Positions 37,556 to 51,100 of a stretch of DNA of 57,989 nucleotides are shown piece after piece. Made by a program: the position numbers and the translations under genes. Below the pieces are notes generated by a model. That model did not search any database. It was not told where the DNA came from and was given only the letters and a program-made list of their open reading frames with translations. The stretch is from Nemertoderma westbladi (lineage: Eukaryota > Animalia > Xenacoelomorpha). The stretch spans positions 1-57,989 of the forward strand of contig JAUCBJ010006597.1 in NCBI GenBank assembly GCA_032718475.1, in the 5' to 3' direction. How positions within the stretch are numbered: position 1 is the stretch's first letter; every line of letters starts with the position of its first letter.

Positions 37556-40545
37556 GTAGGTAGGTCAGGTCAGGTAGGTCAGGTCAGGTCCCCAGATCCT
37601 GCTACCACTATGGCAGTAATGTGGTTGCTACCTGTAGCTGTCCTGTCAGCCCAGTAGGGCAGGCCCGATAAGCATAGCCTATTCATTATTTAGTTGATCA
37701 AGAGTGGGTTGGTTTAGCCCCGTCAACTAAATAAGTCATTGAGGGCTATAGCGCCTAGGGCACCATTGAAGGCAAAGGCTTGATACGCATCTGCATTAGA
37801 GATGATACAAGCCCCGCCCTGTCTATACTGGATGCTCCTCTACCAGTGTTAGGTAACCTAACCCAGGAGGCACACTTGGTTCAGGGTGTAACAAATGGAC
37901 CCCTACAGTCGGCAGCAGGGCTGTAGGCCATGGATAGGCGGAAGGTAATCAACCAACGGCTAGACATGCTGACAAGGTCGGCGGAAGGTAATCAACCAAC
38001 GGCGAACTACTGCGAAGACGCTTGTAGGAGTTGCGACCACAAGCGGTTTACTCCCGCAACTGAAAGGTATGAGTATGAGAACCCTCCAGGAGAAATACCG
38101 GCTCGGTCGTCGCCCGGGTCAACAAGGACCGCGTCCCTCAGTGGTACACCAGGCTGGGGTCGATAAATTGGCTACTCGAACAGAAGACAGAGAAGAAAGA
38201 AGAACCAACCTGTTGAAATGTAAAAAGACACTAAAGATTGCTACAATGAACGCACGCACGCTGAAAGCACAGAGCAAACAGGGTGACATGGTCGCTCTGG
38301 CAATGGAATATAACATCGACATCATCTGCATCCAAGAACATCGGATTTGTCATGAAGACACTGCCATGAAGTACAATGACATTGGAAATGGATGGACGTT
38401 AAAGTAACAAGCTCAGCAGTAAGAAACTCGGCCAATGCATCAATTGGTGGAGTAGGAATTCTGCTAAGCCCATTTGCACTTAAGACCCTAAACAACATCG
38501 AATCTATAAATTCCAGGGTTATGATCGCAACATTTGATGGGAATCCCAAGACAAAAGATATATGTTGGAACCAAGGCCAGAACAAGCAGTCAAGTTTTAT
38601 GAAGAACTGACTGGACTTATTAAGGACATCCCGAAACACAATGTTAAAGTCATTGCTGGTGACCTGAATGCGCAAATTGGCCCAGAAGACATCAAGGGTT
38701 ACACCTATAACACCAGTTCTAACAGAAATGGGTACTTACTTTTAGACCTAATGGAAGAATGTGAATTGATACCAACAAACAACACATTCGAAAAGAGTAA
38801 GGGGAAGAAGCTATGCACCTTTCAATACCCTAATGGAACCAAAGCACAACTGGATTACATCCTTATAAACAAAAAGTGGAGAAATAGCATGATCAACTGC
38901 GAGGCATACAGCTCGTTCAACCTAATTGGTTCGGACCACAGAATTGTGACTGCAGAGATCAGACTCAGTTTGAGAGCCAGCAAACCCAGGACAAGCAAGC
39001 TAATCAACTATGACTGAGAGAAACTCAGAACTGACAATGCTGTAAAGGATGCTTATACAGTAGAAGTTCAAAACCGCTTTGAAGCACTTCAGTCAATGGA
39101 TGAAGACCACTCCACCGATTCAATATACCAGAATATAATAACAGCCCACAAGGAATCAGCTAAGAGGCATATCCCCCAGAAACCTAAACGAAAACAGTAT
39201 GTGCCATGGCAAAACTCTGAGGTTACTTGTAAGAGAGAAGATCTTAAGATAGCCTACAAAGTTAAAACCGAACAACCAACTACCGAAAACATTAACAAGG
39301 TTGAGAAAGCTAAGGACGATCTTAAATTGGCCTACAACATCAGCCAGGAAAAGTACATACAGGATAAAACTGAAGCAATTACAACTGCTCACATACAGCA
39401 ACAATCAAGACTTACCTGGCAAACTGTAAATGAGGTATCTGGTCGGAAAAGTTGTGCAAAGGGGCGCCTCAAAGCCGATAGTCCTGAAGAACGTGTTGGG
39501 AAGTGGAAAAATCACTTCAGCAACTTGCTTGGGCAGCCACCAAACATCGAGGTCAGCCCTACAAGGAAAATATATGACAAGACACTACCTATAGAAACAG
39601 GGGACTTCACACCTGCCGAACTCCAAAGAAGCATTAAAAGCATGTCCAATAATAAAGCGAGTGGATTATATGAAATCCCAGCGGAGGTATGGAAAACCGG
39701 AGTGCTAAATAGACCATTATTGAATGTTTGCAACCGGATGTTAAAAGGGGAAAAGTCACCACCAATTTGGACTAAAGGTCAACTAAAGCCTCTCCCCAAG
39801 AAAGGAGACCTCGGCATACCAACAAACTATCGTGGGATCTGTCTGCTTGTGGTGGCTGCCAAAATATACAATAAAATGATTCTATATAGGATTAGGCCGC
39901 AAATAGAGAAACTACTGCGTAAGAGCCAAAACGGAATTCGACCAAGTAGATCAACAATAGCTCAGATACTTGCACTACGGAGACTGATTGAAGGAATTAA
40001 GTCAAAGAATCTCCCCGCAGTCATGACTTTTGTGGACTTTAAGAAGGCATTCGACTCCATCCATAGAGGTAAAATGCTTGAAATCCTAAGAGCTTATGGA
40101 ATACCAGAAGTAATTGTTGCTGGCATTGGGTTGTTATATTGTGACACAGAAGCGCAGGTACTCTCACCAGATGGTGAAACTGAGTTTTTCTCAATCCTGG
40201 CTGGCGTACTGCAAGGTGACACATTAGCACCATTACTATTTGTAATTGTGCTGGATTACGCAATGAGGACGGCCACAAAAGGTGAAGATCTGGGATTCAC
40301 ACTTCAAGAACGCAGAAGTAGTATATATCCGGCAACTACAGTCACAGACACCGACTTTGCGGATGACATCGCCCTGCTCTCTAATACGCTAGCAGATGCA
40401 CATATCATATAACATAACATATATAGATCAACTTGAAAGGGATACTGAACTTGGGAGAAACGAAATTGCGACAACTATGGAGAATCGGGAAGCCTGGAAG
40501 GATCTGATTTCCACTGTCCGAGTTCGCTCGACCTAGTAGTAGTAG
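37556..40545 (+). mobile_element. RTE-clade LINE (family A): 5' region, APE and RT, frameshifted and internally deleted near the 3' end
   Basis: APE motifs KIATMNARTL, ICIQEHR, GGVGIL, IAGDLNA, QLDYIL, GSDHR; RT motifs FVDFKKAFDS, GVLQGD, DFADDIAL; (TAG)n tail; 12-bp TSD TAAGCCAACCAA at 37544-37555 and 40546-40557. Confidence 0.93.
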
Positions 40546-43500
40546 TAAGCCAACCAACCACCAAGGTTAAGGCTGAATCACCAGCCGATCGCCTCAATGG
40601 TTGGAAAGCCCACTTTGAAAATCTCCTCAATAATGACAGGGTATTGCCTGATAACGTTATAAAAGTAAAAGTGTCTGAGTCTGTACTCCCAGATATTCCC
40701 ATTGGCGATATCTCCTTTGCAGAAGTCAAGGCTGCTGCAAAGAGCATTAAGACCAATCGTGCCAGTGGAGTAGATGTTGTTCCCCCTGAGGTCTTTAAAA
40801 TACCTGAGTGTTTAAAGCTCATCTATCCCATCATAGTAGACATGTACCGAACAACAAGAGTCCCGCAAGAAATGAAAACAAATAAGTTGGTGCCAGTTCC
40901 CAAGAAGGGCAACCTAACTCTCTATGGTTCTTTTCGGGGAATCTCATTGATCTCGATTGCTGCAAAGCTATACAATAGGATTCTATTAAATCGCATCAGG
41001 GATCCCATTGAGAGACTGCTCCGTGGAAATCAGAATGGGTTCCGTAAAGGTCGTGGGACCATGGAGCCCATTTTGGCACTTAGAATGATAATTGAAGAAT
41101 TATCAAAAAAGAAAGACAGGCATCTGGCTGTTATCTTTGTTGACTTCTTCAAGGCCTTTGATTCAGTCTCTCGCTCACGTATGTTCAGCATACTTTCATT
41201 ATATGGATTCCTGATGAAATTATTGCAGCAATCAGATCAGTATACGATGGTTCGACAACATTTGTGTCTACTGTTGACGGTGACACAGAACCATTTGAAG
41301 TATTGGCTCATTCCAAAGTAAAGTACGGGACATTCGTACACAATTTTGAACTTTGATTGCCTGTACAATGTTATCCACAGCACACATGTGCACAAAATTG
41401 TGCTTGGATTGAACTTTCGAATATCAGCTTTGATTTCGCTAAGATTATGGCGGGACTTAGTCACTTTTGAGAAAACACCAGCTTGTCCAATTAAGGTAAA
41501 GTACGGATTCGTACGAAATGGTTTTTTTATTTTATGATTTCAATTCTAATATTTAGCGAATTGTGCGCAGGTACAGTGTTGAGTTGATGTTTAGGATAAA
41601 GCTGTATTATTAAGCTTAAATAAAAATATAAATATAAGACGAATTGCTCCATTGCTAATTTTTTACAGTGTGGTTTGTGTGGTAAAGTATGGGACATTGC
41701 TAAGTAAAGTACGGGACCTGTACGAATTTTATGGTTAAAATGGTCTCTTACACTTAACATGACAGTAATTTCTGGATAATTAGTGATAATAAATTGCAAC
41801 TAAGTATTTCCAACCAAGATATGGATACAAAATGTGGGGCGGCCCACAAATTGACCCGAAGTCTTAGCATATGTGCCCTTGAGGAGTTGTATGTCATCTG
41901 TCAAATTTTTGATCGCTAATACTGTATAACTCGGTCATTTTTAGATGAAATTAAACCAAACCTGGTTCATATGAAGTCTGTCAAAAGTCTGGAAAGAATC
42001 TGAAGTTTAAGGAATCAAAGGTCACATATCAGACAGTCTGTCTGTTGGTACCGATAGTTTCAAAATTTTGATAAAACCGAAATAAGTCCGCCAATCATTT
42101 ATGAAATATAACCAAACTTGGTACACATGTAGTCTGTAAAAAGTTTAGAAATTCTTTCTATTTTTCTGAAAATGTATCAATTACTGTACTTACCGATCTT
42201 CTTATCTGCTAAAAAACTAAATTTTTTGAGATTTGTTGTAAAGTACGGGACTTTACTTGCATAAACTCAAAGATTAGTTAACTGAGGAATGATTCCTAGT
42301 TCAAATACATACTTCTATGCTTCCCCCTACTATCATCCTAAAGCATTATAACACTCCTGCCCTCCAGGTTTCATATATTACATTAATACAGTGCACTAAA
42401 ATGTAATCGCCATTATAATGGTAAAGTATGGGACAATTTGCAATTGGCCGTCATGATGTTTCTGAGGGAGTAGATTATGAAACTACAGGGTAATTGTTTC
42501 TTAAGATGACGCAACACAAACGTGCTTTGCATTCCACTGGGTGATTGGGCTGAGTTAGACTACTTATATGTGTATAAATTAAAAATTTCACTATTTTGTG
42601 GTAAAGTATGGGACTTTACATGCATAAACCCAAAGATTTCTTGACTGAGGAATGATTCTCAGTTCAAATATAGACTCCTATTCTTACGGCCGACTATGAC
42701 CTTAGAGTATTATATCACTCATGGCTTCACATATTACATTAATACAGTGCACTAATATAATCGCCATTTTAATGGTAAAGTATGGGACAATTTTCAATTG
42801 GCCGCCATGATATTTCCGAGGGAGTGAAGATGAAACTAATTGTTTTATACAATGACGCAACACAAACGTGCTTTGCATTCCACTGGGTGATTAGGCTGAG
42901 TTACATCTCTGTGAATAAACTAAAAATTTCACTATTTTAGGTAAAGTATGGGACATCACAAGATTAACATTATCGATTTCATTACAGAGGAATGAAACAC
43001 TGGTGAAATTAAATGAAACCAAAGAAATTCGAAAATGGGTTTGTTTTTGATTTGGTACATGCTCAGAAATGTTAATATATTGGTCATAGGAAGTGCCTAC
43101 AGGAAACGAAACTTTTGCACACTTTTATTCACATTTTGTGCAGAGCAGGTGCAAAATTTGTAATTCGACTATTTTTGATAAACCACCTGTGTTGATACAA
43201 TTTTTAGTACTGAATTCATGAAGTACGATAAATTTTGACCTAAAATAAGTATAAATTCAAAGCTACATCTCATTTTTAGAAATTAGTGGGGAGGTTGACC
43301 TTTTCATGGAATGAGCCTATTATGGGGTATCCTCCAAGGAGACACACTTGCACCATTCTTGTTCATTATTGTGGTTGACTATGTTCTACGCATGTCCTTA
43401 GATCATCATAATGATGATGGGGTGCTGATAACTCCACCTACTGGCTCCAGAAGTCGAGGAAATCCTGCCAAGTACCTAATTGATCTAGACTTTGCTGATG

Positions 43501-44308
43501 ACTTAGTACTCTCAGAATCATTAGAGGGAGCCCAACGGCTCCTCAGCTCATTAGAACATGCTGCTTCTAGTGTTGGTCTTTTTATTAACTCCAGAAAGAC
43601 AAACATTTTGACAGTTAACTTTGAAAGTCCTCAGCAAGTCTCTGATCGGATGAGCATAAGCTAAAAGGATGGTATGCTTGAGCATGTGGACGACTTCTGT
43701 TACCTGGGATCATGGATCCGGAAGTCAGGTGAGGACTTTCGAATACGTAAGGGAAAGACATGCGCAGCCTTGAATAGGCTTTCCAGGATTTGGAAGTCAC
43801 CAAGAATTAATCGGAAACTTAAGGTCCGATTATTTAGAGCAGTTCAGTAGTTCCAGTACTCCTATACGGGAGTCCATGCTGGGCACTAATTGCTGAGGAC
43901 ACCAAATCTCTGGATGGCACATTCACAAGAATGCTACGCCGGGTTTATTGTGTCAAGTACAATGCACACATCTCCAACCAGACACTATATAACATTGGAG
44001 GTGTCTCATTGGTTCCCCCAAGCTTGACACTAGAATAAAATCGCCTCCGCTTTGCAGGACATTGCTTTCGCCGTGAGGACCAGCCAGTGCATAATTTTGT
44101 ACTTTAGCAGCCTCATGGAGTGAATAAGCATGGTGGACAGCCCATGACTTTCTTGAGACGCATCTTAAAGGACACTGGCCTTGAAGATGCGGATGATCTA
44201 GCAAATGTCATGGGTGATAGGGAGTTGTGGCGGTGCAATTTTGTTGACAAGCCGGCACAGCATTCTTAAAAATACAGCTGTAATGCAGCATGCCGATCCT
44301 AGTAGTAG
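40546..44308 (+). mobile_element. 5'-truncated RTE LINE (family B), split by a DNA transposon; its extreme 5' bases are probably at ~37533-37555
   Basis: RT ORF 40644-41304 resumes at 43322 (LWGILQGDTLAPFLF...DFADD), continues through the thumb region to GCATGCCGATCC(TAG)3. Confidence 0.92.
41305..43317. mobile_element. 2.0-kb non-autonomous DNA transposon with 11-bp TIR and 4-bp TSD
   Basis: TATT|GGCTCATTCCA...TGGAATGAGCC|TATT; the empty site can be reconstructed from the uninterrupted LINE copy at ~7797 (GAAGTGTTATGGGG). Confidence 0.9.
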
Positions 44309-44392
44309 TATACAACTGTAGTCGTCGGTGACTTTAATTACCCTGATTTTAATTGGCAAAATGGTAGTTTTCCTTCGACCAATAGAGCATAT
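44309..44392. repeat. 84-bp exact direct repeat of 37365-37448 (probable remnant of a long RTE target-site duplication)
   Basis: TATACAACTGTAGTCGTCGG...CCAATAGAGCATAT begins immediately after the (TAG)n tail. Confidence 0.9.
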
Positions 44393-44692
44393 TTAAGTTA
44401 TATATTATTAATAAGCTGTTGCTTGGTTAAAGCTAATTGGGTGTCAAAGGTCAACGATAAAGCTGTCTGGATATGGATAAGAGCAATTAGTTACCAGTAA
44501 GGGAGCTGTATACCCTATGTCTAAGTATAACGAGATGAAAGTCAATGAGGTCATATAGAAACCAATATATAAAACTAATTATTGTTAAATCTAAAATAAA
44601 GTTTGTTAAATTAATGTTAAATAAATGTAAAATAAATTAATGTTTGATATAATTACAATTTTAACCGTTCTCTTCAATGACACATTCATCAC

Positions 44693-44857
44693 GTGAAGAA
44701 TACCAGTTTTAACATTTCAGTCCAAAATTTATTTTATTTTATTTTTATTTTTTTTATGATTGTACATTATATCCTACCTGTAACTCATTTATTGTTTTGG
44801 TTAGATTCAGCCCGTGTGTAACCTCAGGTTTTAGTGCAAACCTGGTATTCTTCACAT
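44693..44857. mobile_element. Second copy of the GTGAAGAATACCAG MITE-like element
   Basis: GTGAAGAATACCAG ... CTGGTATTCTTCAC inverted pair with the same internal TTTATTGTTTTGGTT..GTAACCT core as 35079-35299. Confidence 0.6.
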
Positions 44858-45113
44858 TCAACTGCAAACTCTGGTACACTTCAAATGGGCCGCAATAATT
44901 AATGAATTAACATTATTTTTAAAGAGATCGTTGTTATTATAAACCGGTACCTATGATTTGTTTTGTATATATATACATATTAATTGGTTACTTAATTGCA
45001 CTCAACATGTTTGTGTATTAATTCGTAACATACATTGCGGTGCATTCAACATGTTTGTGTATTAATTCGTAACATTCGTAACGTTAATTCATTCCTAACA
45101 TATTAATTCGTGT

Positions 45114-48100
45114 CACACTGTTGTTAATTACGTCGTGTATGACACTGTTGTTCATTACGTCGTGTATCACACTGTTGTTCATTACGTCGTGTATCACACT
45201 GTTGTTAATTACGTCGTGTATGACACTGTTGTTCATTACGTCGTGTATCACACTGTTGTTCATTACGTCGTGTATCACACTGTTGTTCATTACGTCGTGT
45301 ATCACACTGTTGTTAATTACGTCGTGTATGACACTGTTGTTCATTACGTCGTGTATCACACTGTTGTTCATTACGTCGTGTATCACACTGTTGTTCATTA
45401 CGTCGTGTATCACACTGTTGTTAATTACGTCGTGTATCACACTGTTGTTCATTACGTCGTGTATCACACTGTTGTTAATTACGTCGTGTATGACACTGTT
45501 GTTCATTACGTCGTGTATCACACTGTTGTTCATTACGTCGTGTATCACACTGTTGTTCATTACGTCGTGTATCACACTGTTGTTAATTACGTCGTGTATG
45601 ACACTGTTGTTCATTACGTCGTGTATCACACTGTTGTTCATTACGTCGTGTATCACACTGTTGTTCATTACGTCGTGTATCACACTGTTGTTCATTACGT
45701 CGTGTATCACACTGTTGTTCATTACGTCGTGTATCACACTGTTGTTCATTACGTCGTGTATCACACTGTTGTTCATTACGTCGTGTATCACACTGTTGTT
45801 AATTACGTCGTGTATGACACTGTTGTTCATTACGTCGTGTATCACACTGTTGTTAATTACGTCGTGTATGACACTGTTGTTCATTACGTCGTGTATCACA
45901 CTGTTGTTCATTACGTCGTGTATCACACTGTTGTTAATTACGTCGTGTATGACACTGTTGTTCATTACGTCGTGTATCACACTGTTGTTCATTACGTCGT
46001 GTATCACACTGTTGTTCATTACGTCGTGTATCACACTGTTGTTAATTACGTCGTGTATGACACTGTTGTTCATTACGTCGTGTATCACACTGTTGTTCAT
46101 TACGTCGTGTATCACACTGTTGTTCATTACGTCGTGTATCACACTGTTGTTAATTACGTCGTGTATGACACTGTTGTTCATTACGTCGTGTATCACACTG
46201 TTGTTCATTACGTCGTGTATCACACTGTTGTTCATTACGTCGTGTATCACACTGTTGTTCATTACGTCGTGTATCACACTGTTGTTCATTACGTCGTGTA
46301 TCACACTGTTGTTCATTACGTCGTGTATCACACTGTTGTTCATTACGTCGTGTATCACACTGTTGTTAATTACGTCGTGTATGACACTGTTGTTCATTAC
46401 GTCGTGTATCACACTGTTGTTAATTATGTCGTGTATCACACTGTTGTTAATTACGTCGTGTATGACACTGTTGTTCATTACGTCGTGTATCACACTGTTG
46501 TTCATTATGTCGTGTATCACACTGTTGTTCATTACGTCGTGTATCACACTGTTGTTCATTACGTCGTGTATCACACTGTTGTTCATTACGTCGTGTATCA
46601 CACTGTTGTTAATTACGTCGTGTATGACACTGTTGTTCATTACGTCGTGTATCACACTGTTGTTAATTACGTCGTGTATCACACTGTTGTTAATTACGTC
46701 GTGTATGACACTGTTGTTAATTACGTCGTGTATCACACTGTTGTTAATTACGTCGTGTATGACACTGTTGTTCATTACGTCGTGTATCACACTGTTGTTA
46801 ATTACGTCGTGTATCACACTGTTGTTCATTACGTCGTGTATCACACTGTTGTTCATTACGTCGTGTATCACACTGTTGTTCATTACGTCGTGTATCACAC
46901 TGTTGTTCATTACGTCGTGTATCACACTGTTGTTCATTACGTCGTGTATCACACTGTTGTTAATTACGTCGTGTATCACACTGTTGTTCATTACGTCGTG
47001 TATCACACTGTTGTTCATTACGTCGTGTATCACACTGTTGTTAATTACGTCGTGTATCACACTGTTGTTAATTACGTCGTGTATGACACTGTTGTTCATT
47101 ACGTCGTGTATCACACTGTTGTTCATTACGTCGTGTATCACACTGTTGTTCATTACGTCGTGTATCACACTGTTGTTCATTACGTCGTGTATCACACTGT
47201 TGTTCATTACGTCGTGTATCACACTGTTGTTAATTACGTCGTGTATGACACTGTTGTTCATTACGTCGTGTATCACACTGTTGTTCATTACGTCTTGTAT
47301 CACACTGTTGTTCATTACGTCGTGTATCACACTGTTGTTAATTACGTCGTGTATGACACTGTTGTTCATTACGTCGTGTATCACACTGTTGTTAATTACG
47401 TCGTGTATCACACTGTTGTTCATTACGTCGTGTATCACACTGTTGTTAATTACGTCGTGTATGACACTGTTGTTCATTACGTCGTGTATCACACTGTTGT
47501 TCATTACGTCGTGTATCACACTGTTGTTCATTACGTCGTGTATCACACTGTTGTTAATTACGTCGTGTATGACACTGTTGTTCATTACGTCGTGTATCAC
47601 ACTGTTGTTCATTACGTCGTGTATCACACTGTTGTTCATTACGTCGTGTATCACACTGTTGTTCATTACGTCGTGTATCACACTGTTGTTCATTACGTCG
47701 TGTATCACACTGTTGTTCATTACGTCGTGTATCACACTGTTGTTCATTACGTCGTGTATCACACTGTTGTTAATTACGTCGTGTATGACACTGTTGTTCA
47801 TTACGTCGTGTATCACACTGTTGTTAATTACGTCGTGTATGACACTGTTGTTCATTACGTCGTGTATCACACTGTTGTTCATTACGTCGTGTATCACACT
47901 GTTGTTAATTACGTCGTGTATGACACTGTTGTTCATTACGTCGTGTATCACACTGTTGTTCATTACGTCGTGTATCACACTGTTGTTCATTACGTCGTGT
48001 ATCACACTGTTGTTAATTACGTCGTGTATGACACTGTTGTTCATTACGTCGTGTATCACACTGTTGTTCATTACGTCGTGTATCACACTGTTGTTCATTA

Positions 48101-51100
48101 CGTCGTGTATCACACTGTTGTTAATTACGTCGTGTATGACACTGTTGTTCATTACGTCGTGTATCACACTGTTGTTCATTACGTCGTGTATCACACTGTT
48201 GTTCATTACGTCGTGTATCACACTGTTGTTCATTACGTCGTGTATCACACTGTTGTTCATTACGTCGTGTATCACACTGTTGTTCATTACGTCGTGTATC
48301 ACACTGTTGTTCATTACGTCGTGTATCACACTGTTGTTAATTACGTCGTGTATGACACTGTTGTTCATTACGTCGTGTATCACACTGTTGTTAATTACGT
48401 CGTGTATCACACTGTTGTTAATTACGTCGTGTATGACACTGTTGTTCATTACGTCGTGTATCACACTGTTGTTCATTACGTCGTGTATCACACTGTTGTT
48501 CATTACGTCGTGTATCACACTGTTGTTCATTACGTCGTGTATCACACTGTTGTTCATTACGTCGTGTATCACACTGTTGTTAATTACGTCGTGTATGACA
48601 CTGTTGTTCATTACGTCGTGTATCACACTGTTGTTAATTACGTCGTGTATCACACTGTTGTTAATTACGTCGTGTATGACACTGTTGTTAATTACGTCGT
48701 GTATCACACTGTTGTTAATTACGTCGTGTATGACACTGTTGTTCATTACGTCGTGTATCACACTGTTGTTAATTACGTCGTGTATCACACTGTTGTTCAT
48801 TACGTCGTGTATCACACTGTTGTTCATTACGTCGTGTATCACACTGTTGTTCATTACGTCGTGTATCACACTGTTGTTCATTACGTCGTGTATCACACTG
48901 TTGTTCATTACGTCGTGTATCACACTGTTGTTAATTACGTCGTGTATCACACTGTTGTTCATTACGTCGTGTATCACACTGTTGTTCATTACGTCGTGTA
49001 TCACACTGTTGTTAATTACGTCGTGTATCACACTGTTGTTAATTACGTCGTGTATGACACTGTTGTTCATTACGTCGTGTATCACACTGTTGTTCATTAC
49101 GTCGTGTATCACACTGTTGTTCATTACGTCGTGTATCACACTGTTGTTCATTACGTCGTGTATCACACTGTTGTTCATTACGTCGTGTATCACACTGTTG
49201 TTAATTACGTCGTGTATGACACTGTTGTTCATTACGTCGTGTATCACACTGTTGTTAATTACGTCGTGTATCACACTGTTGTTCATTACGTCGTGTATCA
49301 CACTGTTGTTCATTACGTCGTGTATCACACTGTTGTTAATTACGTCGTGTATCACACTGTTGTTAATTACGTCGTGTATGACACTGTTGTTCATTACGTC
49401 GTGTATCACACTGTTGTTCATTACGTCGTGTATCACACTGTTGTTCATTACGTCGTGTATCACACTGTTGTTCATTACGTCGTGTATCACACTGTTGTTC
49501 ATTACGTCGTGTATCACACTGTTGTTCATTACGTCGTGTATCACACTGTTGTTAATTACGTCGTGTATCACACTGTTGTTAATTACGTCGTGTATGACAC
49601 TGTTGTTCATTACGTCGTGTATCACACTGTTGTTCATTACGTCGTGTATCACACTGTTGTTCATTACGTCGTGTATCACACTGTTGTTCATTACGTCGTG
49701 TATCACACTGTTGTTCATTACGTCGTGTATCACACTGTTGTTAATTACGTCGTGTATGACACTGTTGTTCATTACGTCGTGTATCACACTGTTGTTAATT
49801 ACGTCGTGTATCACACTGTTGTTAATTACGTCGTGTATGACACTGTTGTTCATTACGTCGTGTATCACACTGTTGTTCATTACGTCGTGTATCACACTGT
49901 TGTTAATTACGTCGTGTATCACACTGTTGTTCATTACGTCGTGTATCACACTGTTGTTCATTACGTCGTGTATCACACTGTTGTTAATTACGTCGTGTAT
50001 GACACTGTTGTTCATTACGTCGTGTATCACACTGTTGTTCATTACGTCGTGTATCACACTGTTGTTCATTACGTCGTGTATCACACTGTTGTTCATTACG
50101 TCGTGTATCACACTGTTGTTCATTACGTCGTGTATCACACTGTTGTTCATTACGTCGTGTATCACACTGTTGTTCATTACGTCGTGTATCACACTGTTGT
50201 TCATTACGTCGTGTATCACACTGTTGTTCATTACGTCGTGTATCACACTGTTGTTAATTACGTCGTGTATGACACTGTTGTTCATTACGTCGTGTATCAC
50301 ACTGTTGTTCATTACGTCGTGTATCACACTGTTGTTCATTACGTCGTGTATCACACTGTTGTTCATTACGTCGTGTATCACACTGTTGTTAATTACGTCG
50401 TGTATGACACTGTTGTTCATTACGTCGTGTATCACACTGTTGTTAATTACGTCGTGTATCACACTGTTGTTCATTACGTCGTGTATCACACTGTTGTTCA
50501 TTACGTCGTGTATCACACTGTTGTTAATTACGTCGTGTATCACACTGTTGTTAATTACGTCGTGTATGACACTGTTGTTCATTACGTCGTGTATCACACT
50601 GTTGTTCATTACGTCGTGTATCACACTGTTGTTCATTACGTCGTGTATCACACTGTTGTTCATTACGTCGTGTATCACACTGTTGTTCATTACGTCGTGT
50701 ATCACACTGTTGTTCATTACGTCGTGTATCACACTGTTGTTAATTACGTCGTGTATCACACTGTTGTTAATTACGTCGTGTATGACACTGTTGTTCATTA
50801 CGTCGTGTATCACACTGTTGTTCATTACGTCGTGTATCACACTGTTGTTCATTACGTCGTGTATCACACTGTTGTTCATTACGTCGTGTATCACACTGTT
50901 GTTCATTACGTCGTGTATCACACTGTTGTTAATTACGTCGTGTATGACACTGTTGTTCATTACGTCGTGTATCACACTGTTGTTAATTACGTCGTGTATC
51001 ACACTGTTGTTAATTACGTCGTGTATGACACTGTTGTTCATTACGTCGTGTATCACACTGTTGTTCATTACGTCGTGTATCACACTGTTGTTAATTACGT

